From Anthoceros angustus (taxonomy: Eukaryota; Plantae; Anthocerotophyta): a DNA stretch of 64,000 nucleotides. The translations under genes were made by a program, and so were the position numbers. Positions 39,070 through 52,569 of the stretch are shown here, piece after piece. Each line of letters starts with the position of its first letter. Position 1 is the stretch's first letter. The notes beneath the pieces are model-generated. The model was not told the DNA's origin, searched no databases, and saw only the letters and a program-made list of their open reading frames with translations. The stretch spans positions 62,001 through 126,000 of the forward strand of contig MU008160.1 of NCBI GenBank assembly GCA_010909165.1, read 5' to 3'.

Positions 39070-41974
39070 TTGGTTTGCACCTATAGTTGCATATTAGATT
39101 TGTTTTGCTTGGTCGTCTGTTCAGGAAGTGCTTATATGAATGCAAGTGCTTACACTAATCTTTGCACTTGGGTTTAGTACCTGATTAGCATTAATTAATC
39201 CAATTACTTATCTTTAAGTAATCGATTTATTAATCTAAAATATTTATGTTTATTAAGCATTGATTAGTGTTAATTAAACATGGTTAGCAATAACTAAGTG
39301 GATATGCACAAATAATATGCTTTAGCATATTCCTTCTATTACAATGTATTCTTAGGATATTTCCGGCGTATCGATGCGATAGGATATCAAGAATATCACC
39401 GTCTGGTATTTGATATATATGAACCATTTCAGGAGGACAAGCTCGTTCATAACTTGTCTTCTAGATATGGAGTACAAGAGTGTTGTGAGGAGGCCAAAGC
39501 TATGACTCAGGAGGGATGTGTGAGGAATTTGCATGTTGTTCTCGTGCGGAGAGTGTGTTTGTGCCATGACGTGCAAGGCACTCCTTCTATTATTGGTTTG
39601 CACCTATATTTGCATATTAAATTTGTTTTGCTTGGTTGTCTGTTGAGGAAGTGCTCATATGAAAGCAAGTGCTTACTTCGTGTGATATTACTTTCATAGT
39701 GTAAATGATAATGCTAAATGTTTATAGGATGATCTTTATGGTCATTTTCTTGTTTGGGGTATATTTATTGGGATTCCGAGCTAGTCTTGATCAAGAAGCT
39801 AATACAAGCCATGAAGGGCGTCTGAGCCAGAGACCCATGGCCATCTCGCGCTCTCAGGTGTTAGAACAGGCATGTAGCGGATCAAAGCGAGCAGGGAACC
39901 AAGTAGCAGGTACCTCTTCCGTGAATAAGAAAATTAAATAGTTATAGCCATATTCTTAGAAAAATAGACTATATGCTCAGTAAATAGATTATTTATAGAT
40001 AAATTAAATAGTATTCTTAATAAATAGGACAAATACAGTAAAATAAGATAAGTCTGTAGAAATGAACGGGTAACACCCAACCAACCTACCCACTAAAATT
40101 GAATGGCCAAACGCCTAACCAACCCAAATACCTAACCAACCCAAACACGATAAGAAACAAACACATCTGACCTTCTTGGCTTGGACCAAGAGGCGCATAC
40201 GTGATAGAGAAGTAAAGCGAGGTCCAATTCCTATGCTACAAAATTAAACGCCTTGAGCAAAGACAATTTCAAATTTTTCCTAGTTCAAAAATCAGCAGTT
40301 ACTCAGCGAACATTTTTCGATGATGATCATTTTCTTTGTTCATACATATTGCTTTACTATTCTTTTAAAACCTAACGTACTTGTAGACTACCGAACCCCG
40401 AGCAATGATTCAGCGTTAATTAATCAAAATTAGTAGAAATTAAAAATCCAGAAATTATTATACTTAAAATACTGAATATGTAAAAATTTATGAGTTTAAG
40501 ATGCCGAAAACAAGGAAACTAGGGTTTGTGTGAAAAATTAGGGCCTGTTTAGGGGAGGTCTATACATATCCATTAGTTCTATATACGTAGATACCTATGT
40601 ATTTTAATAAATTTTGAAATTTGATTAAATTATTTTTCACAAATATTAAAATTTTCAAAAATATGAATATTTATGTTTAATCTTATTTTTTTCAAAAAAT
40701 AAATATTTGGCGATATCCTGTTGAACCATCCCTCGGGGTATGATACTAGGATTGGTATTTTTTTCCTCTCTTGTAGAAAGTAGCTGTGGTACTACTTGAC
40801 AAAAGCTAGATGGGTTACCACGAAGATCTGGGCGGTTGAAGATGAGATTGTATGGAAGGAAGGGTTGAACTATGGAAAGCACATTCATATGTGTCTTGCA
40901 TCAAACTCCAGTGACGGATCAGGACCTATTGATCAAAATATTTGTAATCAATCATTTGTCTAGTCCAATGCAAACTTGATTATTTCTATACCCACTTGGT
41001 CATGTATCTTTGGAGATAAGGACGAAAGTACCGGAGCTAAGACAATGTACATTTATGATCCACCCAAAGTTTAGGTGGATTCTTTTCTTTTTAAGTTAAC
41101 TCTAGAATGACGAGGGCTTTCCGCCATGTTTTTGCTCAAATATTAATTGTATTTTTGGAGGGCATGTTAATTTTTTAATTTTTCTACTAATATTATAATT
41201 ACGAGCGATGTCATTGGCTTCAAAATGTACTCACAAATATGAGGCAGATAAGTGCCCGGTTCTAAGTAACCCTACATGAACTCATCTATCGGAATCTCGA
41301 GGCATAGGTTGGATTTTGAGGTATTTATTTTAAAATTGTTTTTTAAAACATGATATCGAAGGACCATGTGATCGGAATATATGCTCAAGGTCTGTAAGTT
41401 CAAAATATAAGTGAACATAAATGTATGGAGTGATATGTATCAAAGGCTCGTTTTGAGTAGATTAATATTCTGGATTAAAATGAAATATATTAACATATTT
41501 AATAAAATTATTATTTCGTGGATCTCGTCTTCTTGAGCCTTAATTGAGACGTTGTAGTTTCCTTTGTGGAGTCGTCAGGTCAATCAACTCTAACAGCTGT
41601 CATTGTTAGAGTCGATCGAGTAAGAAAGCTACCAGGTTCCGAAGAGAGCGCGATAGGGATCTTTTGTAGAAGATCCTCAAACGACGTACCCAATCCAAGA
41701 GGTGTGAACGGACACCACGAATCGTGAGGAGAGAATGAAAGAAAGAAAGAAATTAGAATTACAGGAGCAGAAAGATGCTAACAAAACGGCCTGATGCTAC
41801 TTATCAGCAGCTGCCCAGAGTGTGTGCGCAAGACATGACGGCAGCCAGCTGAAGCCTGCACTGTAGAGTGTAGAGGACATCTATTCCTATGACCTATCAA
41901 TGTGGGTAGAGGATATCTATGAGCATGACTTATCATCGTGGGTAGAGATATCATCTACATATTCCAAAGACTTA

Positions 41975-42683
41975 TCAATGTGGGTAGAAGGCCTCCTGCT
42001 TCTTCTCGAGGGCCTTTACATGCTTGGCATTGATGCCAAACGTTTGTGACAAAACATCCACAGGAATGCCGAGGTGAAGAGGGCAGGGGCGAAGTTGGAA
42101 GCCGGAGAGTACTGCGTGTTGAGAGCTGAGATGACCCAGGACGCACCATCTGCTAAATTCTTCATGAAGATCAAGGATCCCCTCAGGAACACGAACACTT
42201 CACCCTGCTTCAGAACAGTGCTGTAGAGCTTGTTGGCTTGGGACGGCACGAATCCCACCTCCAGCTCGCCTTCCACCAGGTAGATGATCTCAGTGGCCCT
42301 GGCGTGGTGGTGCGGCGGGTTGAGCCCACCCTTAGCGAAGTCGATCCTCTGCAAAGCGATGCCGAGGGTGTTCAGCCCAGGGAACACGTTCACGAATCCG
42401 CTGGTGACCACTGCTCCAAGAGGGTGCTTGCTGGTGTCGCCGGGAGTAACCAGGCCGGAGAACTTGAAGTCCTCGGCAGTCGTGTCGGCCACGGACTTGC
42501 AAGGGAATCCATTGATGTGGGGGTTTGGATTGCTAGTGTCCTTGGCGACGCAGAAATCCTGCAACGGGTCGGCGTCGTTCGCCAGGATGAAGCCAGCGCA
42601 GACGCAAGGAACAAGAGCACAGCGGCTGCCACCATCACCGTGACCTGCACCCCTGTTCCTGATTGCTTCGTGTGTGCCGCCAT
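41975..42683 (-). CDS. Germin-like protein (GLP-a, copy 2), with apparent 1-bp frameshifts near both ends
   Basis: ORF 42016-43011 contains the germin core; near-identical to 9229-9935. Confidence 0.9.
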
Positions 42684-44394
42684 CTCCAAAGGCCTTAGAA
42701 CCTTCCACAGCTGCCTTGCAAAACGGGTATACGCAATAGGCTGACGAAGAGCCCAACAAATGAACTGTGGAGAGGTCTGACAGGCCTTCAACGTGATTGA
42801 GCACTACTCCACTTCGATTGAAAGTGCGATTGCTGTTGCTGATGAGACCGAAAGACAGAAGTTGTGAGCAAGCCTGAATGTGTGAAGCAGCTAAAGCTTG
42901 TTGACATGCTCGGCTCTGGCTACCTGCTTTATAGTGGCCCCATTTGCTCAAAGACGCGTCTGCAGTTGCCGTCAACGTCCCAGCCTCCAGGTGCTTCACT
43001 AAAGAACTCATATCTTCAACGACTTGCGCCAGCTGCAGTCAAGTCAAGCTGGACACGCCATCTTTCCGACATTTGACTCCTCCAGGATGCATGCTACTCC
43101 CAGGCCCAACGGGCCCACACAGTCCCCACCTGGGGCCTACTATGCAAGCAACGAAGGACTGGTGTCAGCATCCCACGGAGAGCCTGACAGGACATACAGC
43201 ACACGAATCCGGTAACTGCAATTGTTTAGTAGAGACTAGAGTCGTAATCATGTTGGCAACATCATATCCACATAGCTACAGGCTACAACCCGTCGTTGAG
43301 AATAGAGACTTTATTATGAAAAAAGATTGGAAAAACCCATCCACCGAGACAAAGGAAACAACCCTTAGAGTACAAGACCATAGCACTAACCCCGTTGTGG
43401 CCGATCTTGTAGCTACCGACCGCGCCAAGAATATCAAAATCGGGGATAGGAATCTTCAAGATGTACATGTTTCAGCTTCATTGTGCAAGCTTGCCTCTCA
43501 TTGGCAACGATATCGCATGCATTCAGCTATTGGAAGCAGCCAATTGAAGACCCTTGTTACATGTGTGAAGTTGACCCATTTCATACGATATCTGCATCCG
43601 GTGCTGAAATTCCGACCAGATGCGGTATCCTCGTCGAATGCCCCAGATTCTACTAATCTGATGACTTTTGCATCGAAGGTGGATTGGCTCCATCCCGCAT
43701 CCACTCTACCCATAGAAGGTTTGTGGCTACAGGCTACAGCTGCCCGCAGGAAGCATCCTTGGTGTTACAACGCGAAGGTGTGCAGGAAGCTGCCTGAGGT
43801 CACGAATGTCGTGTATTTGACTCCTTGCATTATTTTGCATAATTTTGAAAGTCTGCTGCCAATGCGTACCCGATCATAAACGACAACAAACAAGGTGGCC
43901 TCCGCTAACGTGTGTGGAGAGTGTCTTTCCTTTCTTAAGAATCGGCTGTTCTTGCACATCTCTTGGTCATGTGATCACATGTGAACCATTCCTAGATTGT
44001 TTGGCTACTATGCCTAGTTTTGTTTGTAGTGGAACTTTACGGAAGGATCTGAGTACGGTTGTGATGAGAAGCCGTTCCAGAATACCAAATCATGAGATGC
44101 TTGGTGTATACTGCTTGCTTCCAGGAGGCCATGTGCAAGGTAGTTATAGTACATGGAAAGAACATGATGTGCAAAAGCGCTGGAATTGCAGTACTGCACG
44201 GGTAGGTTGACAACTGGTACATTTGCGCTGAGAGAGTCCTGTACCGGTGGAGACCGAACGAGGCTTTGGATGCGTGTGCCATCGACGCAACTTGATACAC
44301 CAAATTGAAGAATTGGAAATCATATTTGTATTGGAACGATGAGCCACAACGACATCCATACAGAGTATCGAAAAACATGTTACAGATAGCTATA

Positions 44395-45082
44395 TCAATG
44401 TGGGTAGAAGGCCTCCTGTGTCTTCTCGAGGGACTTCACGTACTTGGCACCCACGCCAAACGTTTGTGACAGAACATCCACAGGGATGCCGAGGTGAAGA
44501 GGGCCGGGGCGAAGTTGGAAGCCGGAGAGTACTGCGTGTTGAGAGCTGAGATGACCCAGGACGCACCATCTGCTACATTCTTCATGAAGATCAAGGAACC
44601 CCTTGGGAACACAAACACCTCACCCTTCTTCAGCACGGTGGTGTAGAGCTTGTAGGCTTGGGACGGCACGAACCCCACCTCCAGCTCGCCTTCCACCAGG
44701 TAGATGATCTCCGTGGCCCTGGCGTGGTGGTGCGGTGGGTTGAGCCCACCCTTAGCGAAGTCGATCCGCTGTAAAGCGATGCCGAGCGTGTTGAGCCCCA
44801 GGAATACGTTCACGAATCCGCTGGTGACAACTGCTCCAAGAGGGTGCTTGCTGGTGTCGCCGGGTGTAACCAGGCCGGAGAACTTGAAGTCCTCGGCAGT
44901 CGTGTCGGCCACGGACTTGCACGGGAATCCATTGATGTGGGGTTGGGGTTGCTGGTGTCCTTGGCGACGCAGAAATCCTGCAACGGGTCGGCGTCGTTCG
45001 CCAGGATGAAACCCGGCGTAGAAGCAAGGAAGCAGAGCACAGCAGCTGCCGCCACCACCGTGATCTGGACCCTCGTTGCCAT
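44395..45082 (-). CDS. Germin-like protein (GLP-b, copy 2), apparent frameshifts
   Basis: ORFs 44810-45175 and 44436-44912; near-identical to 11733-12420. Confidence 0.88.
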
Positions 45083-46936
45083 CTCCAACCTTGCTGGTGG
45101 AGAAACAAGTTCCAACTCTGCAAGTTCACGTCCGAATTCTAAGCTGGTGCTAGCGATGTGTGCAATCCACACCACTCACACCCACCAATTCCTCCGACTA
45201 AATGAAAGCCGATGGGCACTTCTACTGATGCAGGCCGTCAGCCTTGGCAGTGAAGTTGTGAACTGCAACCTTCTGGTGTAGATCAAAGGCAGATGTTGCC
45301 CAGCTCGATTGAAAGAAAGAAGAATATTTGCTGAGAACTCCTGATGAGATAGATGAGATATGGAGATCAGGAGGCAGCCTGCAGCTATATATGTGATCAT
45401 GGCCCTCAGGAGCGTTTGGGGCGTTTGAACTTTGCAGACTCTGCACATCAGGTCAACTGAGTGCGGAAGGCACTCACTGCATCGTCATCGTTGCGCCGGC
45501 CTCTGTCAACGACTGGAGTCAAGCCTGACATGTCTTCAAGACTGACTAGTTTAATAAAACCACAGGCGGCGCAAGGCAGAGCCCACCTCCACCATGACCG
45601 ACAAGAAGAGCCATAAAAATTCATCAGAGGAGTATGAACAGTACTGTACACTGCGTATACGTCAGCATCCTACTGATCTGACATAGATCTGCATTCCATT
45701 ACCGTAACGAATTCATAACCAAGTGATCAGATCCGCTTTGAGGCATTAGAAGATCCATCCATGAATCTACTTGAAAGCACGCAATCACCGACTGCAAGTG
45801 GCTGCATTTGTCTACTTATAGCCCGAATCATACGACATCAAGAGGCTAGAGCCTGCCTGTAGTAAATTATGATTTCTGGTCTCATGAGATTTCAGGCAGC
45901 TCGGGATCGATCATGATTCTCCTGACCAGATCTACTGGGTATACCCATGATGCATACAATGTAATGTATGTAAGCTTTCAAATGTAATACATGAAGCTGT
46001 GGAGGAAGCAGCGCCGTTGAATTGACGCTATTGGGGGTCATTCCTGGTCGCGCACATCACCTGCTCATGCATTAGAATACGATGAAGAGCTACGTGGCTG
46101 CCGTGGCAGGTTCCACAAAGAGCAAGCAATTTGCAAAGGTGCCGGCTGTGCCGTCCATCGGTCCCGAGCTCGTCCCATAGATCTTTCCATGGGCTTTGTG
46201 TACATTTGCTCCAATTATGATTTTTCTCTGAAAAGGCCATCTTCAAAACCAGTTTAAAAATTCATGGTAGTGGATACATCACAACGACATGAGATTCGAA
46301 TACATGAATATTAGGAGGTACTTGTCATGGATATCCTCCAGTGGGTGCTTAGTCATATTGATGGTCCTCTTCAAGTACTTCCGGATCTTGGTGGTGGATG
46401 GTAACCAAGGTTTGTAATCACCACACCAGCACCTAATCGTATGCTCTCCAATCCCTCCTTTTATCCAATGCTTGAGATGCCTTCCACAAACCTTTTCAGG
46501 TTTGCTATTCCACTATAGCTGCAAATCTCTCTCTTGCCGACCACTCTGCCTGTGAAGTTGGACTTCGAGATCAAGTTAACGCTACCCATAATTCACTCTC
46601 ATCAGCCTAAGGACTCATCGCATGCTGTTCATAGGTATCATGAAGAGAACGAGATTGTTAGCGACACGAGATAGGAAGGAGGAGAATTTGAAGGGCATAA
46701 CCTTCGGCTACGTAAGCTTATTTTCAGAGTAAACAAACACTAGTACACACAATAGGACAGCTTCTGTTTTCTATTTATGTATAATGTGCTTTGTCAGTGG
46801 AGTTCATGTACTAGCAATGTTCAGAGGCTATGGGGTGGAGGTGATCTCTTTAAGGGACCCTCCAGCATATGTGACAAAACAGAGTACATTTGTAGTAAAC
46901 AAAACTGGGCATGATAGGTAGGAGGAATTCCAAATT

Positions 46937-47659
46937 CTACAGATGAAACAAGCGTTTCTGCGATTTGACGATGTGCTTGGCCTGCTTGTTGCTGATGCCG
47001 AAAGCCTGTGCCAGGACATCCAAAGGGATGTTAGAGCTCAGGAGCGCACTGCAAAGCTCTGAGGCGGGAGTACTGGGTGTTGAGCGCAGAGATGACCCAG
47101 GACGGGCCTGCTGCCACATTTTCATGAAGATCAAGGATCCCCGAGGAAACACGTACACCTCGCCCTTGAGGAGCGTGGTCTTGTACAGCTTGTGGCTTTG
47201 AGATGGCATGAATCCTACCTCCAGCTCTCCTTCCACCAGGTAGATGATCTCTGTAGCCCGCGCGTGATGATGCGGGGGGTTGAGCCCTCCCTCGGCGAAG
47301 TCGATTCTGTGCAATGCGATTCCCAGGGTGTTGAGCCCCGGGAACACGTTCACGAATCCGCTGGTCACCACGGCTCCCAGAGGATGCTTGCTGGTGTCGC
47401 CCGGCGTCTTGAGACCCAGGAATTTGAAGTCCTCGGCTGTGGTGTCGGCCTCCGGCTTGCACGCGTAGCCGTTCACATTGAGGCTGGGGTCGGTGGTGTC
47501 CAGAGCCACGCACAAGTCCTGTAGTGGGTCGGAATCGGCAGCGAAAGTGACGCCCGGGGCGCCCGACATGAAAAGCAGAGCGTGCGCTGTCATGATCATG
47601 ACGAGCAGCTGGAGCTTCGTGCTTGCTGATCCGGATCGGGATCGCCTCATGTAAGCCAT
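46937..47659 (-). CDS. Germin-like protein (GLP-c, full length)
   Basis: 240-aa ORF with signal peptide, DSDPLQDLCVA, GGLNPPHHHARATE, GEVYVFPRGSLIFMK; short compensated frameshift at ~47040-47120. Confidence 0.9.
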   Translation of the reverse strand: MAYMRRSRSGSASTKLQLLVMIMTAHALLFMSGAPGVTFAADSDPLQDLCVALDTTDPSLNVNGYACKPEADTTAEDFKFLGLKTPGDTSKHPLGAVVTSGFVNVFPGLNTLGIALHRIDFAEGGLNPPHHHARATEIIYLVEGELEVGFMPSQSHKLYKTTLLKGEVYVFPRGSLIFMKMWQQARPGSSLRSTPSTPASELCSALLSSNIPLDVLAQAFGISNKQAKHIVKSQKRLFHL

Positions 47660-48257
47660 GATTTCAGCCTTCAGGACGTGCCCTGCTCAGATCAGGTCAG
47701 CTTCTGACAAGGCCAGCTCGGTGCAGTCTCGATCTGGGATGGGTGATGCTGCAGCAGTCTAGGCAGTGCTCAATGACAACAGCCTTGAGAAGCAGGATTG
47801 TCAAGTAGATGGAACACATCGCAGGCATGTATGGAAATTTATACCACCCACAGTCCACACGGCTTACACCTTTTCACGACTGGTCGTGTTTGTGCACAGC
47901 TTTCGAGCCCAAGATCCTCAGCAAATCCAGATTTGAGGAACCAATCGACTGGCTGATACTAAAAAGTCTGCTCTCCGATAGTCGAGCATTTCGGTGCATA
48001 CGTTGTGCATATGAGCCGGTGCCTGATATCTCTCTATCGGCAGATAATGGTGCAGGTAGCTGAGATTGGTGATGGCAATTGTCTTGAATGCACCGCCAGG
48101 ATGGGCCGGCCGACCATCGCTGAAAGCCTTGGGCGAAGAGCGATTGGTACCTTGGTTGATGCTAGCACTTTCTTCTTCGCAGTGTTTTTTTGGGGCCAAG
48201 GTAACCGGTTGCATCAACAAGGAAATCACAGCCAGAAACCCGGGCTTTGGGGCTGTG

Positions 48258-49820
48258 GCTGCTACAATTTTGCACAGTGACTGGTCCTGGTGGCTGCTGG
48301 CTGGTGCCACTCACTGTCTAATTCCTACTTTGCATTCTTGTATTGGCGAGTGGTTACAGCCGAAAGATTTCCCGAGCGGAACTACATGCGTCTTCCCAAA
48401 TTCTGCAGGCACATTTTCACCTAGCTCTCACAGGTTTATGGGCCCGGAACCCTAGATCCATGACTCGAGGTCCGCACGCTTGTGGAGACGACTGCTGTTC
48501 AGGACTCAAGTCAAAGTTGATGAGCATGCTCATCAACAGATCCTGCAAGGAAACAACCAGCGAAAGCTCGCCCAAGGCCAATGGAAAGTGGGGAGGAACC
48601 GGGCCCATCTGGGCCCAGGAGTGGGCTGCTCTCGATTGTCGTGAGCTTTCATCAGGTACATTAATCTTGTCAACTCCACAACCATAATTCAGCCTGTCTC
48701 TGACAGACAACGAGCCAAGCCACAACAGAGCTCATTGGTGGGCAAAGATTGTCCCACAACAACGTTGTGTCAGGCTTGACCCCTTTAAAACACTCGGACA
48801 ACCGGAAACCGGCATATTGTATGTTCAAATCTATCTTCCCAGACGCACCGTATGTATCTACGCCGTGTGGCCCACGACTACAGCACAAGTCAATCTAACA
48901 GACGCGTACTCAGGCGATGGTGGAAGGTGATACATGCTGGGTTTCCTCCCACGTTTCAAATCATCCTATCTTCCACCACTCCAACAGAATTTCAGGATCA
49001 GAACCAGTACCAGTACTCACTAGCACTCGGAGCAACTGCTACAGTTTTGCACAGTGACTGGTCCTGGTGGCTGCTGGCTGGTGCCACTCACTGTCTAATT
49101 CCTACTTTGCATTCTTGTATTGGCGAGTGGTTACAGCCGAAAGATTTCCCGAGCGGAACTACATGCGGTCTTCCCTAAATTCTGCAGGCACATTTTCACC
49201 TAGCTCTCACAGGTTTATGGGCCCGGAACCCTAGATCCATGACTCGAGGTCCGCACGCTTGTGGAGACGACTGCTGTTCAGGACTCAAGTCAAAGTTGAT
49301 GAGCATGCTCATCAACAGATCCTGCAAGGAAACAACTAGCGAAGCTCGCCCAAGGCCAATGGAAAGTGGGAGCGGGAACCCAGCCCATCTGGGCCCAGGA
49401 GTGGGCTGCTCTCGATTGTCGTGAGCTTTCATCAGGTACATTAATTTTGTCAACTCCACAACCATAATTCAGCCTGTCTCTGACAGACAACGAGCCAAGC
49501 CACAACAGAGCTCATTGGTGGGCAAAGATTGTCCCACAACAACGTTGTGTCAGGCTTGACCCCTTTAAAACACTCGGACAACCGGAAACCGGCATATTGT
49601 ATGTTCAAATCTATCTTCCCAGACGCACCGTATGTATCTACGCCGTGTGGCCACGACTACACAAGTCAATCTAACAGACGCGTACTCAGGCGATGGTGGA
49701 AGGTGATACATGCTGGGTTTCCTCCCACGTTTCAAATCATCCTATCTTCCACCACTCCAACAGAATTTCAGGATCAGAACCAGTACCCAGTACTCACTAG
49801 CACTCGGAGCAACTGCTACA
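48258..49820. repeat. Two tandem copies of the same ~778-bp unit
   Basis: Matches 14345-16690; ORFs 48417-48725 and 49290-49505 share the same peptide. Confidence 0.92.
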
Positions 49821-49859
49821 AGGGAGCGTCGAATCCCGAGTCATCAAAACAGACTACTA

Positions 49860-50494
49860 CTGGCCAGCAGCGCGCCGACCTTCACCTCGGCGTCCGACGC
49901 CGACCCACTTCAGGATTTCTTCGTCGCCCTGGACACCAGCAATCCAAACCCCCATGTCAATGGATTTGTGTGCAAACCCGTGGCCGACACCACAGCCGAC
50001 GACTTCAAATTCTCCGGCCTGGTTACACCCAGCGACACGAGCAAGCACCCTCTTGGAGCAGTGGTCACCAGCGGATTCGTGAATGTGTTCCCCGGGCTCA
50101 ACACTCTGGGCTTCGCTTTGCAGCGGATCGATTTCGCAAAGGGCGGGCTGAACCCGCCGCACCACCACTCGCGGGCTACGGAGATCATCTATCTGGTGGA
50201 GGGCGAGCTGGAGGTGGGATTCGTGCCTTCCCAAGCCAACAAGCTCTACAGCTCAAGAAGGGAGAGGTGTACGTGTTCCCGAGGGGATCGCTCATTTTCA
50301 TGAAGAATGTGGCGGATGGTGCTGCCTGGGTTATCTCGGCGCTCAACACGCAGTTTTCCCCGGCTTCCAACTTCGCTCCTGCGCTCTTGACATCGGGCGT
50401 CCCTGTGGATGTCTTGGCACAATCCTTCGGCGTTAGCAACAAGTTCGTTTCCTCGCTGCAGAGGATTCAGCAAGGCTTGCTCCCTCATGCTTAG
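49860..50494 (+). pseudogene. 5'-truncated, frameshifted germin-like protein (GLP-d)
   Basis: ASDADPLQDFFVA (box A Cys changed to Phe), GGLNPPHHHSRATE, deletion frameshift at ~50252, no start codon or signal peptide. Confidence 0.85.
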
Positions 50495-51419
50495 ATTAGT
50501 TCTCCATGTACTTCAATCCTTGACAGTAAAACCATATCCTCCAGCTAGCACCATTTCCAACATCTTGAACGACAAAACACAGCAAGATTCCTGTGTCTAA
50601 AGATCGTCACCTCGGACTCCACACACCGTTATCTAACGGCCTGAAGGGGAATATCTGCCACACGCATCACTTTCTGCGTCCAAGAAAGGAATGCCAAAAG
50701 CTAAGACGCTCTCTCAGTCAACGATGTTACACCCAAAGTTATCGGTTGGATTGAGCAAGGCTTGCTCCCTATGCTTAGATTAGTTCTCCGTATACTTCAA
50801 TCCTTTACAATAAATCCATATCCTCTAGCACGATTTCCAATATATGTGTACAACAACATACAACAAGATTCATTGTGTCTAAAGTTTGTCACCTTCGATA
50901 TCACACGCAGTTATATGAATGGGGAGACGAGCCTCCTCCAATAAGAGAAAATGATCAAACTATCAGCCATATAGTAGATTTTATCGATATTTTATTTTGT
51001 AACCTATCGAGTTACAACTTTAAAACCTTACAAGGTTGGGGGATCGTTATTTTTAGTAAATATTTATTGAGATTTTTATTTTTTTAATATTTCTAGTGAA
51101 TAGATCTAGTATTTAAAAGGGTCAATTCCGCAGATCTTACAACAGCACAAATACCTACCCCGAACAATCTTACAACAACGGCCCATTAAAAGCAAATATT
51201 ATATATTAGGCAAGCCCCTAAGGGCTTCACAATAAGCAAGCCACCAAGAGCCAAAAGGAATTGGGGATGGATGACACCTCATGACACGAGCCTCCGCACC
51301 ACGCGTGCAGTGTGCGGTGTGCGGGGATCAATGATCCCCGTGCTCCTTCTTGTCCTGGTAGCAATACAGTATCGGAAGTTGTTTCCCAGACGGTGGACCG
51401 TGCTCGCTGTGCTTTGAAC

Positions 51420-51793
51420 TTGAGAATTTCTGTCCTGGTAATGACATTGTTGCACCATTTGTGGCTGCAAAGGAGTTTCTCAATAGGCTAGAGGTCAATG
51501 TGGTCGTTCCTCGAGCCTTCTGACTTGGAAAGGATCCTGGTAGGGAGAGCATATTGAGTATGACTTTTCACTCTATGAATGATTGCCTCCAGGTTATGAA
51601 GGCTAGGTCTATGTTATAAATAACTCAGTTATATATCAATGAGGATCTTACACCATTGCAATGGAAGACTAAGAAGGAGAAGTTACCCGCTTTTAGAGCA
51701 GCTCGTGCTGCAGGTCAAGTGGGTTTCTTTCGTGAGGATGAATTGGTGGTGTTTGGCCCTCGTTCATGCAATTTTATTGACACTATTGATTGA
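51420..51793 (+). mobile_element. Decayed LINE ORF1 (RRM and C-terminal domain) fragment
   Basis: VVVPRAF*LGKDPGRESILSMTFHSMNDCLQVMKARSML*ITQLYINEDLTPLQWKTKKEKLPAFRAARAAG, typical of a LINE ORF1p C-terminus, with in-frame stops. Confidence 0.65.
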
Positions 51794-52569
51794 TTGAAGA
51801 TTATTTGTCTTGTTTGAATTTTACCTTTACATTCGTCTAGGCGATTTTACCGCAATCTATGTAGTTATCATATTTCAGTCCCATGACGGAAATTCGTACT
51901 GAGTGAACTTAAATAAAATCCTTTTTCTTCTTCTTCCATCCTAGTAGTGACCGAGGTCGTTTAACCAAGAAGTTGCAATGAACTCATGGCTACCATGGGA
52001 CTCCGCGAGGAGGATACTCAAATATTTTACTAGGGCCCATTGGTGTGTTATTTATCTTCTGAAAATCATATGTCCTTAAGCATTGGATCCGAAGTGTTCC
52101 CTCAAATATCCCATGGATTTGAAGTTTCTGTTCTTGTAAAGTGTAAAGTGCTTTATAGATATATACATAAAGCCCTTTACAGGAACAGAAACACCAAATG
52201 AAGTCCACAAGTTCGCAAAGTGAAAGATGTGTTTGTGGGGAGATATCTTAACTCTGGCAAAGCTAGTCAAACCCAACTTGCTTTATTTTTGTCCCATGAG
52301 GTGCTTGGGCTCTACACAATTGAAGGAACATTTTTGGTCTTGAGAAATCTTTTTTAATTAAGAATTTTTTTTATACATTCATAAAAAATAAAAAGGCTTT
52401 ATGATAAACTTGGTATAGAGTATGATAAAATATGATATCGGGAAGTATATCTGAATTTTGGAACTTCATCAGTATATATTTAGAGAGATGTTCCTAGAAA
52501 TCATCAACTATTTGTTTGTTTCATCCTTTGTCATCCTAGAGTTAACTTCCGAGAATTGTTGTTGGTTAT

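Noticed and set aside
46150-46700. Possible coding or TE fragment downstream of GLP-c
   Set aside because: The frames I read contain stops and no motif could be assigned.
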